This document shows positions 22,059-34,248 of a stretch of DNA of 62,030 nt, in pieces. The notes under the pieces are model-generated. The model had not been told where the DNA came from. It did no database searches and worked only from the letters and a program-made list of their open reading frames with translations. Origin of the DNA: a virus (taxonomy: Duplodnaviria; Caudoviricetes); IMG/VR virus record IMGVR_UViG_3300046167_000632, positions 1 to 62,030 of that record. One strand, 5' to 3'. A program made the translations under genes and the position numbers. The first letter of the stretch is position 1, and every line of letters begins with the position of its first letter.

Positions 22059-23633
22059 ATGAGTTATAGAAATCCACAAATAATAGTAGATAGATCAGCT
22101 GAGATATGGGCTCAAGGTGTTGCTAAAGTAGGTGATGTGCTAAACAGAGGTATAGAAGCCTATGCTACAGCTAAAAGAAAATCTGAAGATGCAAAGCGTA
22201 AAAGAGATGAAGCTAAAAACAGGTTTCTAGTAAACGCCGAAATAGAACAAGACAAAGATATAGTTAAAGCCGTAGGAGAAATAAAAGATACTAAAGTTAG
22301 AGATGTTTTTTCTAAGATATTCACTGAGAAAGGAGATGCTGCTATAAAAGCTCAAACTGAATTAGCAATGAATACAAATCTGTCTCAAATAGCTAGAAAG
22401 GAATATAGAAAAACTATAAGTGATTTCCAATCATACATGTTGAACAGTAAGGATCAAATAAATAATGTAATGGGTAGTGCTCAATCGTTTGATGAAAGAA
22501 CTATTGATCAAATAATAGCTGACGAAGCCCCTAGTAGCGGTGATGAGTTATCTAACTTGCTTGCTGTAATGGCTGTTAATGGTAAAAAATCTCCAGGCGT
22601 AGAAAGTAGTATAGATATAAGCGCTGATGGTGATAATTCAAATAGATTTAAAGTAAACTCTAGGATAAAAGTTGGTAGTCAAATTTACAATAAATTCAAA
22701 GAATCTGGTATGCTGGATGGCTATGAAGAATCTGATGGCTTTGTAAACGTATCTTTTGACAGAGATTTATCTGTATGGGACGGTTCTTTTTTCGAGCCTA
22801 TACCTGCTGAAAGTGATAGAAATAAAAATCTTCAAGAGTCTAATATATTTGATGATAAAAATAAACTTACTAAAGATTTTGTATATCAAAATGTAACTAC
22901 TAGGGTTGTAGGTGGTTTTGAATATACAGAGCAAGTTGTAAATAACGCTGCTATGGAAGACAATGTTGCTTACAGAGATTTAATAAAGTCAAATGCAAAA
23001 GGTATAATGTCTTATCCTATGAAGCAGCAAAAACAATTTATTACGGGAAGATTAAAATGGGATAAAGACACTGCTGATGCTTACGAAAATAGCCCAGTTG
23101 AAAAAAGAGAAGAGTTTTTAATAACCCAAATGATGGATAGAAACTTGAAGTCCTTGGGAACTGAAAGAAAAGCTACAGCTGAAGATGTTAAGAATTTAAA
23201 TATACCTGGTTTAAAAGTCAATGATCCAATATATACTAATAACATAGGTAAACCTAAAGCTGTAAAAGTTGAAAAACAAGAAGAGAAAGAAGAAAAAGGT
23301 TTTAAAGTAAAAGCTGCTGAAAGAGCTGTTAACGATCTTTTAGAAGATCCTATATCTTACTTAACAAACATTGGCGGTCCAGATGCTAGTGGAGTTGCTG
23401 ATAGAAATTACGATGAAGAAACTAAAATTCTTGAATTCTCTATGACAGATAAAAGCACTGGAAATAAAAAAATGAAAAAGTTTGATTTATCAGATAAATC
23501 TCAAGTTAAAAATTTAGCTAGAACATTGTTTAATTTTAGAGGTAATAAAAGTTTAGAGGTTTCTGAAAATATAGATAATGTAGTTGATAAGATATTTGAC
23601 TTTAACGAGACTGGCGATTTACCAATTTTTTAA
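22059..23633 (+). CDS. probable internal virion protein
   Basis: 524 aa between the small ejection protein and the giant protein. Confidence 0.55.
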   Translation: MSYRNPQIIVDRSAEIWAQGVAKVGDVLNRGIEAYATAKRKSEDAKRKRDEAKNRFLVNAEIEQDKDIVKAVGEIKDTKVRDVFSKIFTEKGDAAIKAQTELAMNTNLSQIARKEYRKTISDFQSYMLNSKDQINNVMGSAQSFDERTIDQIIADEAPSSGDELSNLLAVMAVNGKKSPGVESSIDISADGDNSNRFKVNSRIKVGSQIYNKFKESGMLDGYEESDGFVNVSFDRDLSVWDGSFFEPIPAESDRNKNLQESNIFDDKNKLTKDFVYQNVTTRVVGGFEYTEQVVNNAAMEDNVAYRDLIKSNAKGIMSYPMKQQKQFITGRLKWDKDTADAYENSPVEKREEFLITQMMDRNLKSLGTERKATAEDVKNLNIPGLKVNDPIYTNNIGKPKAVKVEKQEEKEEKGFKVKAAERAVNDLLEDPISYLTNIGGPDASGVADRNYDEETKILEFSMTDKSTGNKKMKKFDLSDKSQVKNLARTLFNFRGNKSLEVSENIDNVVDKIFDFNETGDLPIF

Positions 23634-23653
23634 CAATTAAAATAAAATAAAAT

Positions 23654-26600
23654 ATGTATACTTACAAAGATGCTTCATACACTGACGATCAGATAAAAAA
23701 AGCAGCTGAGCAATCTAATATGACTGTTAAAGAATATTTGAAAAAGCTAGAAGGAGATAAAGATCCTGAGCCTAAGATAAAAGACGGTGACTTGCTTGAT
23801 CCAAATTTTCAACAAGACGCTGCAGCGGGTGCGAATGCGGGGTCTCAACCAATGACAGCATCACAAGCGGGATATGTAGAAACAGAAGATACGGAATTAC
23901 TCTCGGAAGATACTTCTTCGGATTCAGTAAAAGTTAAACTACCTAAAGATAGAAAATACGGTAAAATTTTTGAAATTCCAAATTTTAAAAAACAATCACC
24001 TAAAGATATAGCTAATGCTTATAATCAAATGTATGGTGGTAAGGATGGTGGATTTGAATTTACTTCAAATGTAAATAACGTAACTATAAAAGCTTTAAAC
24101 GGTGAATCTATAACGGTAAATACTAAGGGTCTTTCAAATCCAATGGCTCAAGCGCGTATGAGGCAAGCTGATCCGTTCGATTTGTCAGGTAGTAAAACCT
24201 CTCCCCAGCAGGGTATTGGAGACGATCCCCAAGAAGTTATAAATAATTTTCTAAAAGAAAACTTCAATGAGGATTTAAATGTACAAAATCAAAAAAATAT
24301 TAAAAAATTTGAAAGTTCTATAACTGACAATATAGAGCAATTGGCTTATGATTATATTGAATCTGAAGATATTCCTTATGATCCCACTATGCCTATAAAC
24401 TCTTTAATGAAGTCAGATGGTTTTAGAGATTATGTAAGAAAAAACTCCGTTGAGAAATATGCTGAAAATAGAGACATATCAGGCTCTGGTTTTTTTGGTA
24501 GTATAAATTCTGAAGACATTGGCTTAACAGGTACTCAACCTGATAAATTAGTAGATAAAATGTTGCAAGACATGTCTGCTAAAGAAGAGCAATTAAATGA
24601 ATATAATATTATTGAGCAATATGTTAAACCGCTTAAAGAGTCTGGAAATTGGTTAGAAGCTAGTAACAGAGAGAAGTTGCAACATATAAATAGTATAAAA
24701 GACCCTAAACAAAAAGAACTTGCCAAGGTTAATGATAGATTAATTAAAATAAAAGAAAGCCTAAATCAACCTAATACAGGTGTTGGTGATGTGTCTCAAA
24801 GTGCTTTATCAGATGAATTTGAAAAACTAAAAGAAAGAGCTTCGCTTCTATTAAAACAAGCTATAGATGAAGATGCTGAGTTTTTATTTGCCTCAGACGG
24901 AACTAGAATTTCACCTGCATTAGCTAAAGCAAGTGGTGTAGATGTTGTTGATTTAACAAAAGACTATGATATAGCTAAAGTTGAGTTAAAAAAGAAACTA
25001 GATACCTCAGACTCTCAAACAATACAGAATGATTATAGAATACACTTAGCTGAATTTAGTGGTTTTCAAGAAGAGATAAATACTCGAAAGTTTGATATTA
25101 AAATCAAAGCTGGATTCATGCAAGAAGGTTCACCATTAGCCGAAAAATTATTTGATAGAGGTTATTCTATGATTGATACTAAAGGCAAGGAAACAACTTC
25201 AGAGTACGCAACAGAGGGTGTTATAAAAGGAGTTACGTTAAAAGACTTGATGGCAGTACAGCCTGGTTTTGCTACAGATGAAATAGTTATATCTAAGCCT
25301 GAAAGTAGACCAGGTGAAGCTACTATAACTATGAGTGATCTAGCTGGTTATGTAGCAAACACAAGACAAACTCAAAAAAGATTATCTACAGAACATGCTG
25401 CTTGGAAACAATTATATCTATTAAATGTAGATCCAGGTTCTATAAAAGCCAATGACATAGTTAGTCAAGGTGGTAATTTTATGGCGGGTGTATTAGATGC
25501 TTTGCCTGGACAAGGCAATGCTGGTTCTGATAGTTTTAGAAAAGATAATTTATTTAGAACAGATAGAGATGACTTGAATGATGCTGAAGCATTAATAAAT
25601 AAAGTAAACTCAACACTAGAACCAGATCAAAAGCCTTTTGAGTTATCTGCTGAGCAAATGGATTCTTTCAAGCAAGGGTTCGGAGAACAGTTTTGGACTG
25701 GTCTAGGTGGTTTTGTACCTATGATCGCGGAATTAGGTTTAGTTAGTGCCATGACTGGAGGTATGGGTAATTCTTTTGGTGTAGCTAACTACTTAAGTAA
25801 GTTAAAAAATGTAACCTACTTAGCTAAAACTGCTACAAAAGGCGCTACGCCTATATCTAGAGCTGTTGTAGCTGCTAAAGCTAAACAAGCTAAAATGAGT
25901 GTTGATGCGTATGTTAAGTCTCAAGGTTTAAGGAAGGCCACAGGTACTGCATTTAACAAGGCTCAAGCATTGTTTATTCAAGGAGCTCAAGAGGAAGGTA
26001 AGATGAAATTACTAAAATTTTTTGGCGTTGATATGCCTACTGGCGCAGGTGCTGGTTTTGTAATTGGTGGTCACGCTATGAGAAAAATATTACCTACTAA
26101 TGTGTTTAAAGGTTTCTCTGGAGCCGCAGCGATGAATACTGCTTTAGAAAAAGGTTTATACTCCGGTTTAGGTGGTGCTGCTGGCGCACAAACAGCTGCT
26201 CCATTAGAAGCCCTAATAGCTGACCTTCAAAACAAAAAATCTTTCGACACTTTTGTAGAGGAGAAGTATGGTGATATGGAAGACTGGGCTAAGCACGCTT
26301 TTATGGAGGCTTTGCAGTTTAGTGTGATTGGATTAACACATGCTAGTAAGGCTGACAGGAGCTTGACTATGCAGTCTAAAAGAAATCTATTACTTAGAAC
26401 AAACAAGGAAATAACTGACAGGTTAGAGAGAGGAGATGTAACAGATCAACTAGGTAACCAATTTCAATTAAGAAATGAATTAATAAATCAAATAAGAGTA
26501 GCTGAAAATAGAGAAAGATTCTTAGATAAAAATGTGTTGGCAGCGGAGACTCAAGGTTTGTTACAGAAATTTAACAAGCAATACAAAAAAGAAAATGGCA

Positions 26601-29600
26601 CAGATGCTTTTACTATGAATGTATCTACCAATGGTGAAGGCATGAAGCTAGGTGAAGGAGAATCAGCAGCCGTTACAAAACGTAATGGTAAACTACATGT
26701 GGATGTTGATGTGTCTAAAATGAATGAAGGTACACTTCCTCATGAAATATATCACGTTGTTTCGCGTTTAACTTTCGGTAAAGACGTAGGTGTACAAAAA
26801 GCACTACAAGAAGGATTAGCTAAGTCTGTTGGTAAAATGGATTTTGAAACTGTTGATCCAAGAACTGGAGAAATAAGAAATATAGAAAACTTACCTGAAG
26901 CAGTTAAAGAAGCTTACGAAAAAACACAAGATAAGGATTCAACTTTTGAGGAATTTAACGCTAACTTAATTGACTTGCTAAGTAGACCTGAAAATAGAGA
27001 CATGTTAATAGAAAACAACGTCTTAGGATCTCTAAAGCAAAATATAAATACTTTTTTAGAAAAATCTTTAACAGGTACTGCTTTAGAAAATACAAAGCTA
27101 GGTAAGGTTTTATTACCTGAACTAAATAATCCTGATGCTGTTGTCAAGTTTTTATCTAGACTAAGTAAAGACTTTGGTAAAGGTAACTATAGCCCAAAAT
27201 TAATAAAGCGATTTCAAGATATAGAAATAACTAAAGACGGTAAGAAACTAATTGAGAAACAGACTGGTAAGGTATTAAACATAGATAAAACTGCTCAAAA
27301 AGAGTTAAAACAAGAGTCTTTAGACCTATCTAATGCAAATAAAAAAGCTTTTGAAGAGTTTGAAGCAACTGGAAACAAATCGGATCTTATAGGTAAGGTT
27401 TATGAAAATAATCAAGGTTTAATACAAAGCTTTGTAAATAGAAAATTTGTAAAAGGATTAGGCGTATCAAGAGAGATGTTTGAAGGGGAGGTTGGATCAG
27501 AGATATACGATAAAATTCTCGGTACTTATTTAAAAAGAGATGCTAAATTAAAAGACGTGCCGTTTGGCGCTTATGCTAGACAAGCCTTGTTTGGTGGCGG
27601 TGCTTTTGGTGGAGGTAGACTTGGTAATATACTAAAAAGACTAGGCCAGCAAGGTGACTTATTTAATAAAGATCTTGAAAGTAAAGAAGCACAATCTGTG
27701 ATGTCTGAGGAGACTAGAGATTTTGATGAAAAAATTGTTTCGGAAAACAAAAAAACAGATCCTAAAGAACTACAATTAAGTATAGATGTTGTAAATGATT
27801 TAGTACCTGAAGTACAGAAAGATTTACAAGAAAAAAGCTTAACTAAAGAAACATATAAATCTTTAAGATTAGGGGAAAACGCTGCTAAAGCTCTAGCGAA
27901 GGCATACGATATACGTGAAAAAGATAAAACAACATCTGATGGTAAAAAGGTTAAAGGAGATTTACTACCAGAGTGGTTCACGGTACCCGCTAGAAACTTA
28001 CCCCAAGGTTCTATGGAAGGTTTTAGAAAATTAAGATCTGAGCTAAACAAAAATGCTCAAATGGTACTTAATATTTTACCTGAAGGTTACACGTTGGATA
28101 AAAAGTCTACAGGTGTGCCAAACTCTATACAAGAAGCATTTTACAATAAAAGAAAAATAGGTAGTAAGAACGTATATGAATTAAAGAAAAACATAAGTAT
28201 AAAGGATGTAAAAGATTTACTAAAAGAGCCAGAAGGTAAATTATATAGAGATAAACAAGTTCAACAGATAAAAGGCTTAGCGGAGTTAGTGTTTAGAGGT
28301 CTGGTGAATAACGTTGCTAGATCAAATATGAAAATAGAAGGAGCAACAGCTATAGAGTTACAGAAGTTAGCTGATGGTAAAAATCCTATGCTAGCTCAAC
28401 AGGTGCTAGGTAAATTAAAAAATACACCTGGACTAAACGAAGTTACTATTAAAAGATTAATTGGTAATTTTTTAGTAGATAGAGAAAAGTTAAGAGAAAC
28501 TAATCCTACTTTTGTAGAAAGATTTGAAAGCGAAATTATACAAGATAATATAGCTAAGGCTGAAGAAGGCAAAGCTGACGCTCCAACATTTAAGACTTCA
28601 GATAAAGCTGATATTAAAATAGCGGAGATAAATGGTGCGCCTAAAGGCGTTGATATAAGCAATATCATAGATGGCAACACCGGTAAGTCTATGCGTTCAA
28701 CAGAGACTTTTAAAAGAAAAACTGGTAAGTTTAAAAAAGGAGTATTTATAAAAGGTACTGAAGGTCCTGAGATGAAAAGATCTATATTTGATACAGCTAG
28801 ACTTGAAACCTTTTTAGATGGAATAAGTGAACTTTCAAAGTATTACCCTGAAGATTTACAGAAATATTTTACTAAAGAGGTTCTACTACAGTCGTTTGGA
28901 AGTACTAGTAGAGGTACCGCTAGAAATGTAGGTAAGGATGCTAGAAAAATAACCACAGAAGGTAAGTTGATGTCAGAGAGTGATCTTAGTAAAGGTCAGT
29001 ATGAAAGAATAACAGATAACCTAGGAAAGCTATATAAAGAAGGTGTATTTGATAATATAGAGCCTGGAGATTTTATGAGTGATGCACAGCAAAAGAATGC
29101 GTTACAAAAATTTCAAAATACCGGAGATATAAATGTTCTTAATAAATACATAAATTCTAAAGATAACGCATATAAATCAGATGTTTATTACGCTATGGGC
29201 GTTGCTAAGCAAAAATATTTATATGATGCTAAAACTTCAGCTGAATTCGAAAAAAGAGCAAAAGTTATATATCAATTAGCAGCTGAGAATAGTGGAGCTA
29301 CTTCTGGTTATGGTAGACAGTTTGTACCTATAATGGCTGTAAAGAAAACAGGTGAACCTGGTAGAATGAAGTTGGAACATTTAAAGTCCTCCTTAGAGCA
29401 GTCGATGCAAGAAGCTAAAGCTATTGTAGAAGGTAGATGGATGAAAGATGGTAAAAAAATAATGAACGACTATAAGGGTATTATATCTTTCAAAAAATAC
29501 CTAGACGTAATAGACAAGTTAGGTGGTGTTACAAATACTTCTGGTTTAGCTAGGATGGTTTTAGATTTCGAAAACTTAAAAGACTACGTAACTGTTGAAA

Positions 29601-32600
29601 GTGGTTTTAAAGAAACTCTATACGATAAATTAATGACTGATAATGCTCAGCGTGTTGGAGCAAAATTAAGAGAGCTAAATGTGCCGTGGATGAAAGACAA
29701 GGTTGCTGCAATATCTCTAGAACCTAGTAAATCTAATGAAGTTTTACTAAAAAGTTCTTTAGATAATAAAGCAGATGTTAAGTCTAGCTGGAAAGCCAAC
29801 GTTGAGTTGTCTAAGAAAGCAGGTACTTTAGACAATAAAAACTCTAGTAATGCTGAATTACTTGAAAATTTAAAAAATAGAGATAAAGCTATTAGCTTAG
29901 CTCAGAAGAAATTAAAAGAAACTAAAAAAGCTAGAGTCTTTGATTTTGATGATACGCTAGCTAGAACTAAAAGCAACGTGCTGTATACAATGCCTAATAA
30001 TGAAGGAGGTTTCAGCAAAGGTTCTACTAAATTAAAAGCTATATTTATGGTTGGTGGTCCTGGCGCTGGTAAAACAAACGTAGGTAAAGGACTACAGCTA
30101 GGTAGAAGAGGTTATAAAGTAGTTAATCAAGATATAGCTCTTGAAGCTATGAAAACAGAATCCGGATTACCTGCTAATGAATCAAACTATACAGCTGAGC
30201 AAAGATCAATTAGGTCTAAGTTAGGTTCTGCCGCTAGAAAAGCAGCTGTAGCTAAGTTCGATAAGTATGCCGCTAATGGAGACGGTATGGTAATTGATGG
30301 CACTGGCGCTTCATATAACGCTACTACTAAAAAGATAAAAGCATTACAAGAAAAAGGCTATGAAGTACATATGGTTGTAGCTAACACACCGTTAGAAACA
30401 GCATTAGAAAGAAACAGAGCTAGAAAAGAAAGATCACTAGAAGATTTTATTGTAGAAAAAACTTATAACCAAGTTCAAGAAAGTTTAGCTAAATATAGAG
30501 AGGATTTTGGAGATCGTTTATACGAAATAAATACTGAAGCTATAGAGTACGGAAAACCACTTCCAGGTGATTTCCTGCAAGGAGTTTACAAAGGAATAAA
30601 CGCTAACAAAGTAGGTAAAGTAGATGCTGCTACATTTGCTAAAGAAGCGGGTAATATGGAAGCTCAAGGAGCTCAATGGGATTTCTCTGAGTTTAGTAAG
30701 GTGATGCAAGGTAGCAAAGGACCTTTATTCGAAGTAGCTAAGTCTATAAGTGAAAGCCCAGGTGAAAGAGATATGTTCGTATTAACAGCTAGACCAGCAG
30801 ATGCAGCTCCAGCTATAAAAAGTTTTTTAAAAGAACTAGGTTTAGATATACCGTTAGAAAACATAACAGGTTTAGCAAATGGAGCTCCATCGGCTAAAGC
30901 TAACTGGATGCTTAAGAAAGCAGCTGAAGGTTATAATGACTTTTACTTTGCTGATGATCACTTAGGTAATGTTAAAGCTGTTAAAGATGTATTAAGTGTA
31001 GTAGATGTTAAAAGCAAAGTACAATTAGCATTAGCACAGAAAAAGCTAGGAAAAACATTTAATGATATAATACAGGAAAAAACAGGTATAGCTTCAGAAA
31101 AAGTTTTTGGAGAAGCTAAAGCTGAAATAATGGGTAAAAGCAAAGGTAAGTTTGATGTATTTATATCACCAACCGCTGAAGACTTTGCTGGTCTACTATA
31201 CAAGACTTTACCAAAAGGTAAAAAAGGTGAAAATGCTCTTAAGTTCTACAAAGAAAACTTATTCGATCCATTTGCTAGAGCTGAGGACAATATTACTAGA
31301 GATCAAGTAGCATTAAGTAATGATGTTAGAGCTTTAAAAAATAGACTGGGTATAATACCTAAGAAACTAAGAAAGAAAAATGAAACAGGTTTTACTAACG
31401 AGCAGGCTTTAAGAGTTCGTATGTGGACAAAAATGGGTTTAGAAGTTCCTGGCTTAAGCAAGTCTGATACTAGCTGAACTTAATAAAGTCATAAAAGATA
31501 ACCCAACATATGAAGCTTTTGCAAATGAACTTCTATCAACAACTAAAGGTGATGGTTGGGCTGAACCAGGCGAAAGGTGGCTTAGCGGTACATTGACTAG
31601 TGATGCTATGGCATTACTTGGTAAAGTAAAAAGAGCTAAGTACTTGGAGCAGTGGAAGCAAAATAAAGATGAAATATTCTCAAAAGCTAATTTAAATAAA
31701 CTAGAAGCAGCTTATGGTAAGAAGTACAGGAAAGCATTAGAAAAGACCTTAGAAAGGATGCAGTCTGGAAGAAATAGAAATTCTAAAAACACGGCTGGCG
31801 ATAGAGCTTTAGATTATATAAATAACTCTGTTGGTGCTATAATGTTTTTAAATACAAGATCAGCTGTTTTACAAACAATTTCTAGTATAAACTTTATAAA
31901 CTGGACAGATAATAATCCTTTAAAAGCTGGCGCTAGACTAGCGGATGTAAAGCAATATTCTAAAGATTTCTTAGAGATAATGAATTCTGACTACTTAGTA
32001 GCTAGACGTGATGGATTAAAATTAAATGTAAGTGAGGCTGAAATAGCTGCAGATACAGGCGCTAAGGGTATAATAAATACAATACTAAAAAAAGGTTTTG
32101 TATTTACTAAATACGCTGATAGTTTTGCTATAGCTTCAGGTGGTGCTACTTTTTATAGAAATAGAATAAACACTTATAAAAAGCAAGGGCTATCTGAGAT
32201 AGAAGCTAAAGAAAAAGCTTTTATAGACTTTAAAGAAATATCTGAAGAATCTCAACAATCATCTAGAACAGATAAGATAAGTCAACAACAGGCTAGTAAC
32301 TTAGGTAGAGTTATTTTAGCTTTTGCTAATACACCAATGCAGTATGCTAGGTTGCAGAAAAAAGCTATGTTAGACCTCGCTAATAGAAGAGGGGATTGGA
32401 GAGAACATACATCTAAAATAGTTTACTACGGATTTGTACAAAACTTAATATTTAATGCAATACAAAATGCTTTATTTGGTTTAGCCTTCGCTGACGATGA
32501 GCAAGATGAAAAGTTACTGTCTAAATCAGGAAGAGTTGCTAACGGTATGGCTGATTCATTACTTAGAGGTACTGGTATACCAGGAGCAGTAGTTGCTTCA

Positions 32601-33029
32601 GTAAAAAATGCTCTTATGGTTATAAATAGTGAGTCTGATAAAAAAAATCCTAAGTATTCTAAAGCTATTAAAGAAATAGTTAGCATGTCTCCAACCATAT
32701 CATCTAAATACAAGAAGCTAGTAAATGCGTCAAAAGCAGCCGAATATGGAGCTTTTGACAACATGGAGTTTAGTTTAGATAATCAAGCATATATGGCTAT
32801 AGCTAATGTTATTTCAGCTACAACAAACGTTCCAGTTGATAGAGCTTTACGTAAAGCACAGAATATAGAAGGTGCTTTAAATGAAGACTATGATACATGG
32901 GAAAGAATAGCTATGGCAGCTGGTTGGCAAGATTGGGAGTTAGGTATAGGAAAAAAGAAAAAGAGTAAGAAAAAGAAAACTACAAAAAAGAAGAAACAAT
33001 CCGGAGGAATAACATTTGACGAATTTTAA
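23654..33029 (+). CDS. giant polyvalent virion protein (~3,100 aa; frameshift near 31475): metallopeptidase, sigma-2-like segment, HAD phosphatase with nested P-loop kinase
   Basis: HEIYH (26741), FDFDDT (29942), GGPGAGKT (30053), LTARP (30782), FADD (30950); 31593-33029 continues the frame. Confidence 0.8.
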
Positions 33030-33039
33030 AAAATATATT

Positions 33040-33198
33040 ATGAGTGAACAATCACCTTTATTAGGAAAAATAAGCGCGGCTTGTAAGTCTGCGGCAAAAA
33101 GTAAATTTAAAGTATGGCCATCTGCGTATGCCTCAGGCTGGGGAGTTCGATGCACAAAAGCTGGAGGACCAGGTAAATTTGGTAAAAAGAAAAAATAA
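33040..33198 (+). CDS. small basic protein (KFKVWPSAYAS family)
   Basis: ATG at 33040 preferred over the TTG start; motif recalled from marine phage small proteins. Confidence 0.6.
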   Translation: MSEQSPLLGKISAACKSAAKSKFKVWPSAYASGWGVRCTKAGGPGKFGKKKK

Positions 33199-33474
33199 AT
33201 GTATATACAGCAATCACCATTTAGTAAAAAAAGTAAAGTCAAGGGTGGAGGTACTAAGAAAGTATGTCTGCCAGCGGCTAAAGTAAGATCAATGAGCTCT
33301 AGTGAGAAAAGTAAAGTGGTTTCTGCTAAAAAGTCGGCTGCTAGCTCTGGTGAATACAAAAGGTCTAGCAAGTCTAATGTTAAAGGTGCTAGAAAACCTG
33401 GAGCTACACTAAGAGATTGGTTTGAAAAAGAAAATTGGATAAACGTAGAAACAGGTGAACCTTGTGGAAAATAA
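33199..33474 (+). CDS. small basic Cys-containing protein
   Basis: 'LRDWFEKENWINVETGEPCG' and 'KVCLP' motifs. Confidence 0.6.
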   Translation: MYIQQSPFSKKSKVKGGGTKKVCLPAAKVRSMSSSEKSKVVSAKKSAASSGEYKRSSKSNVKGARKPGATLRDWFEKENWINVETGEPCGK

Positions 33475-33480
33475 ATAACT

Positions 33481-33762
33481 ATGACTAATAAATTATCAGA
33501 AAGTACTCAAGTAACTTTAGACTTAAAAACAATAGGTATAATAGTTGGTGGAGCTATATCTTTAGCTTCAGTATATTTTGCTTTGCAATCAGATATACAG
33601 CTAGCTAAAGAACTGCCAAAACCTCCTATAGATAGAACAGAATATGATTTAAAAGATCAACTTATTCGTGAAACTATCATAAACATAAATGAAAAAGTAG
33701 ACAATAACAGTAAAAAACTAGACAAAATAGATGAAAAGCTATTTGAGATCATAAACAAATAA
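33481..33762 (+). CDS. membrane-anchored coiled-coil protein (possible lysis accessory)
   Basis: Single TM segment followed by a coiled coil. Confidence 0.55.
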   Translation: MTNKLSESTQVTLDLKTIGIIVGGAISLASVYFALQSDIQLAKELPKPPIDRTEYDLKDQLIRETIININEKVDNNSKKLDKIDEKLFEIINK

Positions 33763-33764
33763 TC

Positions 33765-34085
33765 ATGAAAAGTATTTTAATTTTAATCGCATTTATATTA
33801 TCTTTTAACTTGTTTTCACAAGAGCCAACATTGCTCTATATGAATTCAGACTGGAACCACAACAATGATTACGAGTTTTTAAAATTAATAAAGGGTGCGA
33901 AGATATTGGAAGTAGACTACGATTCACAGCCTAAAAAATTTAAAGAAGCTATAAGCTCTGTACCTGCTATAATATTGTTTGATAAAAACAAGAAATTAAA
34001 AAAAATATGGCAAGCTGGTTTGACAATGAGATTAACTGTAGATCCTAAAGAAATACAAGAAGTTATAAATGAATTAAATAAATAG
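33765..34085 (+). CDS. secreted thioredoxin-like-fold protein lacking CxxC
   Basis: Signal peptide; 'NSDWN', 'ISSVPAIILF' (cis-Pro loop-like). Confidence 0.5.
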   Translation: MKSILILIAFILSFNLFSQEPTLLYMNSDWNHNNDYEFLKLIKGAKILEVDYDSQPKKFKEAISSVPAIILFDKNKKLKKIWQAGLTMRLTVDPKEIQEVINELNK

Positions 34086-34130
34086 GAACAAATATAATGG
34101 GCGTACCATACCCAACGTTCCTGTAACCAA

Positions 34131-34160
34131 GAAAGGGCCCTCATACGAGAGCCCTTTTTT
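34131..34160. terminator. intrinsic terminator between convergent arms
   Basis: AAAGGGCCCTC-ATAC-GAGAGCCCTTTTTT. Confidence 0.75.
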
Positions 34161-34248
34161 AATTACTTATACAGAAACGTGTATAGCATATTGAGTTTTT
34201 TATACACATTAGTTTTTATATGTATAAAAAAGTCATAACTTTTAGCAT

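Noticed and set aside
23654-33029. Virion RNA polymerase as in crAss-like or N4 phages
   Set aside because: No DxDxD catalytic motif in RNAP context was recognised; the DFDD motif belongs to a HAD domain
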